A stretch of DNA of 8,824 nt from a virus (Duplodnaviria > Heunggongvirae > Uroviricota > Caudoviricetes). A program made the translations under genes and the position numbers. Location of the stretch: IMG/VR virus record IMGVR_UViG_2681813234_000007. One strand, given 5' to 3'. Below are positions 1-8,824 of the stretch, one piece after another (the stretch's first letter is position 1; each line of letters opens with the position of its first letter). The notes below the pieces were generated by a model that did not search any database, was not told the origin of the DNA, and saw only the letters and a list, made by a program, of their open reading frames with translations.

Positions 1-216
1 AATATAGGGGCAAATCCAAAAATCTATCGCATTGTAGAACGTACCAGTACATCAATTACTATTTTTCCTGTCTTACAAAATACAGTACAGGCAAGCGAGA
101 TTATTAAATATAACAATCTGATGATCGAAGCAGTACTGGACCCTGATAATGACTATACATTGCCAGTCGGTAACATAATGAATATGACATTTAAGGCAAT
201 GGAGAATATTACATAA
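1..216 (+). CDS. 3' end of an upstream tail-module gene (5'-truncated by window edge); product unassigned
   Basis: Frame 1 is open from nt 1 to a TAA at 214-216 (about 71 codons, below the ORF-track cutoff). The stop overlaps the ATG of the next gene (TAATG), consistent with translational coupling into the tail-tip operon. Confidence 0.45.
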   Translation, partial: NIGANPKIYRIVERTSTSITIFPVLQNTVQASEIIKYNNLMIEAVLDPDNDYTLPVGNIMNMTFKAMENIT

Positions 217-838
217 TGAATGATGCAGTTTTTACTAATGCCAATCTATTGAAGTACTGGAAGTTAGTTAAAGGTACGACGAAGACACGATTAACACTAA
301 TGGATGTAATGAGCTTGGGTGTACAGGTAACTTGCTTTGATGTACTGCCAAAAGGCACAAATGGTTTTCACTGGACAGACTCACTTATAGATATCAATTT
401 AGATGGTTATCAATATATTAGTTTCCCCGATATTATCAGTGGTTCACTTCCTTCCTATTCAGAACAAAAGGGCATCACGAATGATGCTATCAACTTCAAA
501 GTCAGTAATGTGAATCAATCAGTACGTGCACTTGCATTAGGTGGATTTCTTAAAGATGCTCAGATGAATATCAAATTAGTAATCTTGAATCCATATGACA
601 GTACTGTAATCGATTCAATGCTTATGTTTTCAGGATTCATTGATTACGTTCAGGCAGTAGCAGACCCAAATCAGAAAACTAACGAAATGACGATATACGT
701 TAACAGTGTATATAAAAAGCTAGACCGACAGCCAGCCTTAATTGCTGCTAACTCAGTATATCAATCTTACTACAAAGGTGATGAGTACTTTAGTCTGTTA
801 GGGCAAGTTAATCAAAATCAAAACTGGAAGTACAAATA

Positions 839-839
<1 letters not shown>
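216..839 (+). CDS. phage minor tail protein in the lambda gpL position (tail-tip complex); function assigned by synteny only
   Basis: 207-aa ORF. ATG at 216 overlaps the upstream stop; GGAGA at 201-205. Its stop overlaps the next ATG (TAATG at 837-841). It lies directly upstream of the K-position and J-like genes. I recognise no specific motif. Confidence 0.75.
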
Positions 840-4436
<3,597 letters not shown>

Positions 4437-4445
4437 TAAATATCA

Positions 4446-4462
4446 AGGGGATAATTTCCCCT
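4446..4462. other. short stem-loop (AGGGGA-taatt-TCCCCT) in the J / downstream-gene intergenic region
   Basis: Perfect 6-bp inverted repeat with a 5-nt loop, 10 nt after the J stop. There is no following T-run, so it is not a canonical intrinsic terminator; possibly an mRNA processing or stability element. Confidence 0.3.
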
Positions 4463-4481
4463 ATGACGTAAAGGATTTAAT

Positions 4482-4778
4482 ATGGCACAAGGATTACAAT
4501 GCTGGAATAGTGCAGGGGTATTAGTAGTAGATCTCGGTGATTATAACATGCGGTATATGGGTACTTACTCAATTACTGCTACTACTGCATCAAGTTATAC
4601 TGTTACTGTACCCGGAATGAAAACAACAGGGTGGATTGCCTATTACGCACCATCTACGGATGTTTTTAATAATTGGTCTGTTATTTGTAATAATGGTTCA
4701 ATGACTATCATTTATCTACCAACGGGATCACCGTTTGCTGGTACGTATAGTTTCAACGTATATAAGTGGACGGTGTAA
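4482..4778 (+). CDS. small beta-rich tail-associated protein (candidate fibre/receptor-binding accessory), 98 aa
   Basis: AAGGA at 4471-4475, 6 nt before ATG 4482. Composition is rich in T/S/G/Y/N with no long hydrophobic helix. The N-terminal motif GLQCWNSAGVLVVD is shared with the next gene. Position is immediately after the J-like gene. Confidence 0.65.
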   Translation: MAQGLQCWNSAGVLVVDLGDYNMRYMGTYSITATTASSYTVTVPGMKTTGWIAYYAPSTDVFNNWSVICNNGSMTIIYLPTGSPFAGTYSFNVYKWTV

Positions 4779-4779
4779 T

Positions 4780-5436
4780 ATGTCAGGTTTTGAAGTTTAT
4801 AATTCTGCGGGTGCTCTGACGATTGACAGTACTAACAAGTCAATTCTCACAGGTGCTGTTAAGGCAATGGGTACACTGACGGATCAGGGGTACTACACTG
4901 GCTTTACGTGTGCTTTTGGTAATGGTGGTGCTCTTGGCTTCTTGCCACTTGCAACTATCGTGAACAGGAACACTACGCAGTACTGGTTTCAGATACAGAA
5001 AGATGGTGGCTGGTGTTTTCCCGGTGCTGAGTTGTTCCAGCCGGGGATAGGGCGATTCATGACGAGTACGCACACTGCAACGCCTACGTCTGGTTATCTC
5101 GATGTGTTTAATGCTTCTGGTACTTTGATATGGTCTGCTGCATCGGCGGCTACCATGCCCCGTATACAAGGTTTCTTAACCGTACCTGCTGCAACAGATT
5201 TGAGTACTGCAATCACAGTAACAAGCCCTGTTGCTAATCCCTGGTTTTGCTGGTCACAATGTCCGGGTAACTTAAGTGATGATGGGGAAACAATCGGTTA
5301 TTCGGGAATAGTTATTCGACGTAATAGCAGTACTTCATTCAGCTTGCAGTACGTTTCAAAGAACCAGAAAACATATCGTCAGGCAATGGGTAACAATGGA
5401 TTTCAAATTGCATTAGCTACTTTCACCGGATATTAA
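4780..5436 (+). CDS. tail-associated beta-rich protein, paralogous to the preceding gene, 218 aa
   Basis: The ORF track gives 4735-5436, but the ATG at 4780 sits 1 nt after the stop of the previous gene (TAAtATG) and begins MSGFEVYNSAGALTID, matching the N-terminus of the 98-aa protein. The motif recurs internally as DVFNASGTLIWS near residue 108. Confidence 0.75.
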   Translation: MSGFEVYNSAGALTIDSTNKSILTGAVKAMGTLTDQGYYTGFTCAFGNGGALGFLPLATIVNRNTTQYWFQIQKDGGWCFPGAELFQPGIGRFMTSTHTATPTSGYLDVFNASGTLIWSAASAATMPRIQGFLTVPAATDLSTAITVTSPVANPWFCWSQCPGNLSDDGETIGYSGIVIRRNSSTSFSLQYVSKNQKTYRQAMGNNGFQIALATFTGY

Positions 5437-5476
5437 CAATAAATATCATTATAAGAATAATAATAAGCGAGACAAT

Positions 5477-5743
5477 ATGGACATTGGTACAATCTTGGCT
5501 CTTATTATTTCTGGCTGTGTACTTCTGTACACAATATTCCGCGACAATACAAAAGATACTGATGGACTACTTACACGTGTTTCAGAACTGGAAACTAAAC
5601 AAGCAGTACAGGAAAGTAGTATGGTGCGTATTGAAGCTGATCAGAATAAGATGCGTGATGCTTTAACTAAACTTGAAAACCAGATTCATGATCTGGATGT
5701 GAAAATTGAAAAAATCATTACCATTCTTGAACAGAAACAATAA
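5477..5743 (+). CDS. membrane-anchored coiled-coil protein, 88 aa (possible lysis-associated protein; function unknown)
   Basis: N-terminal hydrophobic helix (ILALIISGCVLLYTIF) is followed by a highly charged heptad-like segment (ELETKQ...LENQIHDLDVKIEKIITILEQKQ). The gene ends 8 nt before a strong terminator and lies convergent to the endolysin. The Shine-Dalgarno is weak. Confidence 0.6.
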   Translation: MDIGTILALIISGCVLLYTIFRDNTKDTDGLLTRVSELETKQAVQESSMVRIEADQNKMRDALTKLENQIHDLDVKIEKIITILEQKQ

Positions 5744-5750
5744 GAAGAAA

Positions 5751-5780
5751 GGCGATAGTACATAATGCTATCGCCTTTTT
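5751..5780. terminator. bidirectional rho-independent terminator between the convergent 88-aa gene and the endolysin
   Basis: GGCGATAGTA-cataa-TGCTATCGCC forms a 10-bp stem (one G-U pair) with a 5-nt loop, followed by TTTTTG on the plus strand. On the minus strand the same hairpin is followed by TTTCTTCTT. The stop codons of both flanking genes (5741-5743 and 5782-5784) abut it. Confidence 0.8.
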
Positions 5781-5781
5781 G

Positions 5782-6231
5782 TTATTTGTTGGTTAGTACT
5801 GCAATCATTGCATCAACACGATTAGGTGTTTGTTTATACCATAATGAATCTTTAGCCTGTCTGATGGCTTCCGGGTAATCTTTTGCTTTAAGGGCTACTA
5901 ACATCTTTTTGAATTTCTGTACCCCGCCTAAACCTAACTGGAACATCATTATCACAAGAAAATTTTTCCAGTCGTCAGGTAGCCAGATGTTGAGCGTTTC
6001 AACATTATGTATTGCAATAAGTATATCCTGGTCCAGTAGTCTATCTGCTTGCTCAATAGTAATACCATCTGGATACTTTTCACCAACATGTAGTAAATGA
6101 CCGTAGCCAATGGTTTCAAATCCTAGTGAATCTTTGTATGTCCAAAATTTGTTATCGTGAAAGTACTTCAATTTTGTTTGATAAGCGATAGTACCTTCAT
6201 ATTCTTTTAATCTGTCTTTTAGTTTACTCAT
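5782..6231 (-). CDS. endolysin, T4-type lysozyme (glycoside hydrolase family 24 muramidase)
   Basis: 149-aa minus-strand ORF. The translation aligns by eye with T4 lysozyme as I recall it: FETIGYGHLL vs YTIGIGHLL; LVIMMFQLGLGGVQKF vs LINMVFQMGETGVAGF; WYKQTPNRV vs WYNQTPNRA. Equivalents of the catalytic Glu/Asp/Thr are present (E12, D34, T40). AGGT lies 9 nt upstream of the ATG on the minus strand. Confidence 0.93.
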   Translation of the reverse strand: MSKLKDRLKEYEGTIAYQTKLKYFHDNKFWTYKDSLGFETIGYGHLLHVGEKYPDGITIEQADRLLDQDILIAIHNVETLNIWLPDDWKNFLVIMMFQLGLGGVQKFKKMLVALKAKDYPEAIRQAKDSLWYKQTPNRVDAMIAVLTNK

Positions 6232-6282
6232 TAATAAATACCTATAATAAATCTATATAGGGATATTTATTGTGAGAGTTAA
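6222..6282. promoter_or_regulatory. candidate divergent promoter region between the endolysin and the plus-strand operon
   Basis: Plus strand has a perfect TATAAT at 6243-6248 but a weak -35 (TTTACT at 6222-6227, 15-bp spacer). Minus strand has -35 TTAACT (plus coordinates 6277-6282), a 17-bp spacer and -10 TATATA (6254-6259). AT-rich DNA yields such matches easily, so this is tentative. Confidence 0.3.
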
Positions 6283-6721
6283 TAAAGCATGGGAGATGTT
6301 CGATACTGATATGTGGGATATGTCAGAAGTAACAGATGGGAATTACGTCTCGTTTATCTACATTATTCAGTTTCCAGATACTGGCGAGTACTATTTCGGT
6401 AAGAAGCAAATCTATAAAAAAGTACGCGACATAAAGAATTTAAAGGCTACTTCAGTTGAATCGAACTGGCCTGATTATACCGGTAGTAGTAAGTGCGTTA
6501 ATGAAATGATTGATGCCGGAATGCCATACACCAAAAAGATTTTGTACTGTGTCAAATCAGACGCAGAGGCAACGATTTTAGAAACGGCATTGATTAGCTA
6601 CTTTGGTTTACATCCTGACTGTTTAAATAAGGCAATAATGTGTAAGGCACGATTACCAAAGAATCGTTTAGATTTATTTAAAGTACTGCAAGATCTAATT
6701 GATATGTTGGGTGTGAGGTAA
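6272..6721 (+). CDS. GIY-YIG nuclease-domain protein (standalone catalytic domain, EndoII/Seg-like), 149 aa
   Basis: Degenerate GIY-YIG core: FIY (res 28-30), 10 residues, YFG (41-43), Arg52, Glu104 in ILETALI and Asn119. The spacing mirrors my recollection of I-TevI (Y6, Y17, R27, E75, N90). The track start is a GTG at 6272 with AGGGA at 6259-6263; alternative ATG starts at 6296 or 6314 are possible. Confidence 0.6.
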   Translation: MRVNKAWEMFDTDMWDMSEVTDGNYVSFIYIIQFPDTGEYYFGKKQIYKKVRDIKNLKATSVESNWPDYTGSSKCVNEMIDAGMPYTKKILYCVKSDAEATILETALISYFGLHPDCLNKAIMCKARLPKNRLDLFKVLQDLIDMLGVR

Positions 6722-6725
6722 ATAC

Positions 6726-7286
6726 ATGACAAGAATAACGGGTATAGATAACGCCACGAACTATATACAAAAAACAGGAACGAAGTTAGGTAAAAAGTTC
6801 CATGATGAAATCATCAAGCGTTCAAGAGTATTATCTATGAAAGTACAGGCAGATATGAACAATGCCGTAGACAAAGGTGCAGTACCTTTCACTCAACGAT
6901 CAATTCTATTCTTTTATAAAAAGCGGGGTAGTGGGGTTACAGCTACAATCATGGTCAAAGATGTTCAGGCACAGTACTTATATGGTGTACTGGTTGAACA
7001 AAAGGCCATTGATAAATTTGTACCGACTTCAAAAGCAAGACTAACGAAGCAGGGTAACATTAGTGGTCTGAAGAAAAACTTATCAAGTGGACGATACAAG
7101 ATTGTCAAAGGTAAGAACGGAAAAGAACGATTAATAGATACTGCTCAAAAGAAAAAACAAAAGCGTGTAATCGGTCTACGGGAAAGTAAACGCCGTAAAC
7201 TAATTTATGATTTCTATCAGGAAGTGAATGATGGTGTGATGTTAGTAATGAGTGGTATACAGGGAACATTCAAGGTAACAAGATGA
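6726..7286 (+). CDS. hypothetical protein, basic (K/R-rich C-terminal half), 186 aa
   Basis: GAGG at 6714-6717, 8 nt before ATG 6726, which is 4 nt after the previous stop. Its stop overlaps the next start (ATGA at 7283-7286). No TM segment and no motif I recognise. Confidence 0.7.
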   Translation: MTRITGIDNATNYIQKTGTKLGKKFHDEIIKRSRVLSMKVQADMNNAVDKGAVPFTQRSILFFYKKRGSGVTATIMVKDVQAQYLYGVLVEQKAIDKFVPTSKARLTKQGNISGLKKNLSSGRYKIVKGKNGKERLIDTAQKKKQKRVIGLRESKRRKLIYDFYQEVNDGVMLVMSGIQGTFKVTR

Positions 7287-7594
7287 ATTTTGATGAACAT
7301 TATGGTGAACTAACCAGTGAGATTAAACTTGATGGTAATACACCAGAGGCTAATAGTATGCCTATTCATAAATGCTTTCTTGGTAATAAGTTCAAGAAGG
7401 TACTAAAGAGTAAACAGATTAATATCGAGCATTTTATGAATGTTTGCTATGAGAAAAAACAAGATATAACGGACGGTTCAGTACTTGCATGGTCACTACA
7501 AGGTGATGAAATGGATGTGTACGTAATCGAACATAAAAAACTATTCGTTAAGGGAAAACACTTTTGGGTGTATTGCGTGGGGATCATTGAATGA
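7283..7594 (+). CDS. hypothetical protein, 103 aa
   Basis: Start overlaps the previous stop (ATGA) and its own stop overlaps the next start (ATGA at 7591-7594). Scattered Cys/His (C31, H50, C55, H84, H93, C98) do not form a canonical zinc motif. Confidence 0.65.
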   Translation: MNFDEHYGELTSEIKLDGNTPEANSMPIHKCFLGNKFKKVLKSKQINIEHFMNVCYEKKQDITDGSVLAWSLQGDEMDVYVIEHKKLFVKGKHFWVYCVGIIE

Positions 7595-7881
7595 TTGGAA
7601 TGATAATTGATTTAATCAAAACTGGAGTAGGCTTCTTCCAGAAGAAAGAACAAAGTAAGCAAGAGCTGGACGCACAGAACAGCCATGAACAGAACCAGAT
7701 CACACTTGAAGAAACGCGTAAGGGCTTCACTTGGCGACAGGGCTTAGGATGGGTACTGACGTTCATCATTCTATGGAACTACGTCATTGTGCCAGTACTG
7801 GCCTTATGTGGTGTAGTACTCCCCATCGTTCCACTTGATGAGATATGGAAAGTACTGATAATCTTAATCGGCGGGAGTTGA
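7591..7881 (+). CDS. small membrane protein, 96 aa (holin-like architecture, not confirmed)
   Basis: GGGGA at 7579-7583 with coupled ATG at 7591. A short hydrophobic N-terminus and polar linker are followed by a ~45-residue hydrophobic block (GLGWVLTFIILWNYVIVPVLALCGVVLPIVPL...ILIGG) that could form two TM helices. It lacks the charged C-terminal tail typical of holins. Confidence 0.65.
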   Translation: MIGMIIDLIKTGVGFFQKKEQSKQELDAQNSHEQNQITLEETRKGFTWRQGLGWVLTFIILWNYVIVPVLALCGVVLPIVPLDEIWKVLIILIGGS

Positions 7882-8571
7882 TTTGGACTCTCTAAACAAT
7901 ACTCGCCACGAAGTAAGCCATACTGAAGGGAGAATTTGGGTAAGTGCGAAGGCAGGTTTGAAACTCAAATTATTAAATTCCCAATTTTTCTTACGTGCCA
8001 TACCATTTACATCTTGATATGTGTTAATCATTTTATCGCTAATGATAATAAAATTGTAGTAATGTGTTATACATTTTTCAAGTTCGTTAGACTTGTTTGG
8101 ATGTACTTCAATGTCCCAAACTCGTAATATATCTAATTGAGATTTCAATTTAATTAGGTGATCTTTATAATCAGCATGCAAATCTTTAACCTTTGAGTTT
8201 TTACTTTGGTACTCTTTATCGGTGATGTTGAGATCTTTATTACCTAATGTTTCATACATATCATTGATGTAAGTATGTAATATTTCCGCCTTTACTTTCG
8301 CTTCAATAAAGTAACTAATATAAACGTTTGCTTGTTCAAAACCTTTTTCATTAAGTTTTGAATCTAACCATCTATATACTTTAAAAACTGTGATGAATGC
8401 TATTACTGACATTATAGTATCCATGATTGCTGATGTAGTAGAGCTATCATAACCATGAAGTAATAGTAAATCGGAATAAATTGGTATCAATGCACCAATA
8501 GCAAGACATGCAATATGTGAAAATCTTATTTTATTTCTTATTCTTTTTAAATTCACTTTCAAAGCATCCAT
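7864..8571 (-). CDS. membrane protein with two N-terminal TM helices and a ~170-aa C-terminal domain, 235 aa; function unknown (candidate accessory/moron gene)
   Basis: A long ORF in the most AT-rich part of the window, where chance ORFs of this length are unlikely. Hydrophobic segments are FSHIACLAIGALIPIYSDLLLL and IMDTIMSVIAFITVFKVY, and the remainder is K/N/D/E-rich. No clear Shine-Dalgarno precedes the ATG (plus 8569-8571). The 3' end overlaps the convergent 7591-7881 gene by 18 nt. Confidence 0.72.
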   Translation of the reverse strand: MDALKVNLKRIRNKIRFSHIACLAIGALIPIYSDLLLLHGYDSSTTSAIMDTIMSVIAFITVFKVYRWLDSKLNEKGFEQANVYISYFIEAKVKAEILHTYINDMYETLGNKDLNITDKEYQSKNSKVKDLHADYKDHLIKLKSQLDILRVWDIEVHPNKSNELEKCITHYYNFIIISDKMINTYQDVNGMARKKNWEFNNLSFKPAFALTQILPSVWLTSWRVLFRESKSTPAD

Positions 8572-8584
8572 ATAAATTTATTAG

Positions 8585-8613
8585 AAAGCCTGTATCTAGC
8601 ACAGGCTTTTTTT
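8585..8613. terminator. hairpin with flanking A- and T-tracts between the two minus-strand genes; canonical terminator in plus orientation
   Basis: AAAGCCTGT-atctagc-ACAGGCTTT stem followed by T7 (8607-8613) on the plus strand. On the minus strand it is preceded by A7 and followed by TTTCTAATAAATTT. It lies directly between the stop of the 8615-8824 gene and the start of the 7864-8571 gene. Confidence 0.55.
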
Positions 8614-8614
8614 G

Positions 8615-8824
8615 TTACCAATCCCAACTAACAGTAATATCCAACCCACGAAGGTTAGTATGTTCTGTACGCGTCGCTACGAGAACTATATCACCAGTTT
8701 CTTTCGAGACAATATCAAAGACTTCAATTTCAGTTTGACCCATTGTACCTTTCGTTCTAAAACTCTTTCTAACGTAGGTATAGTTCTCTTTTGGATAATT
8801 ACTTTCAAACAGCGATTCAGTCAT
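8615..8824 (-). CDS. 3' portion of a minus-strand gene, probably 5'-truncated by the window edge; product unknown
   Basis: Open minus-strand frame from the window edge to a stop at 8615-8617. The ATG exactly at 8822-8824 may be internal. The translation is beta-rich and polar (…IEVFDIVSKETGDIVLVATRTEHTNLRGLDITVSWDW) and I do not recognise it. Confidence 0.5.
   Translation of the reverse strand: MTESLFESNYPKENYTYVRKSFRTKGTMGQTEIEVFDIVSKETGDIVLVATRTEHTNLRGLDITVSWDW

Noticed and set aside
4735-4779. Upstream ATG start at 4735 for the 218-aa gene, as given in the ORF track
   Set aside because: That start would overlap the previous gene by 44 nt. The ATG at 4780 follows the upstream stop by 1 nt and yields an N-terminus matching the paralogous 98-aa protein.
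4840-5169. 109-aa minus-strand ORF antisense to the 218-aa gene, and the 5484-5666 plus-strand ORF in an alternative frame of the 88-aa gene
   Set aside because: Both are embedded in better-supported genes. The first is Arg/Cys/Ser/Thr-rich in a way typical of antisense frames.
5909-6100. 63-aa plus-strand ORF inside the endolysin gene
   Set aside because: It is antisense to a confidently identified GH24 lysozyme.
7591-7881. Confident holin call for the 96-aa membrane protein
   Set aside because: It is not adjacent to or co-directional with the endolysin, and it ends in GGS without the charged C-terminal tail typical of holins. It is kept only as a generic small membrane protein.
7584-8127. 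Small ORFs 7584-7769 (-) and 7936-8127 (+)
   Set aside because: They are embedded antisense in the 96-aa membrane-protein gene and the 235-aa 2-TM gene respectively, and are Cys/Phe-rich shadow frames.
8508-8738. 76-aa plus-strand ORF crossing the intergenic hairpin
   Set aside because: It spans the 5' end of one minus-strand gene, the hairpin and the 3' end of another, reading straight through a terminator-like structure. It is implausible as a gene.

Overview
The window reads as a contiguous late/accessory region of a tailed phage or prophage with a lambda-type tail-tip gene order, moderately AT-rich. On the plus strand (1-5743) are the 3' end of an upstream tail gene, then translationally coupled tail-tip genes: a gpL-position protein (207 aa), a gpK-position protein (133 aa) and a 1067-aa gpJ-like host-specificity protein whose N-terminus carries a gpI-like Gly/Ala zipper. 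These are followed by two small paralogous beta-rich proteins sharing an N-terminal motif and an 88-aa membrane-anchored coiled-coil protein. A strong bidirectional terminator (5751-5780) separates this block from a convergent minus-strand T4-type lysozyme (GH24 endolysin, 5782-6231). Divergent from the endolysin is a tightly coupled four-gene plus-strand operon (6272-7881) that opens with a GIY-YIG-like nuclease-domain protein and ends with a small membrane protein; the two middle genes are unrecognisable. The right end carries a minus-strand, visibly AT-richer gene for a 235-aa protein with two N-terminal TM helices (7864-8571), preceded by a hairpin and a minus-strand gene that runs off the window. 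I saw no rRNA, tRNA, CRISPR array, integrase or transposase. The best candidates for something undescribed are the 6272-7881 operon and the AT-rich 2-TM gene; both rest on sequence architecture only. All homology statements come from reading the translations and from memory of reference proteins; nothing was searched or computed.
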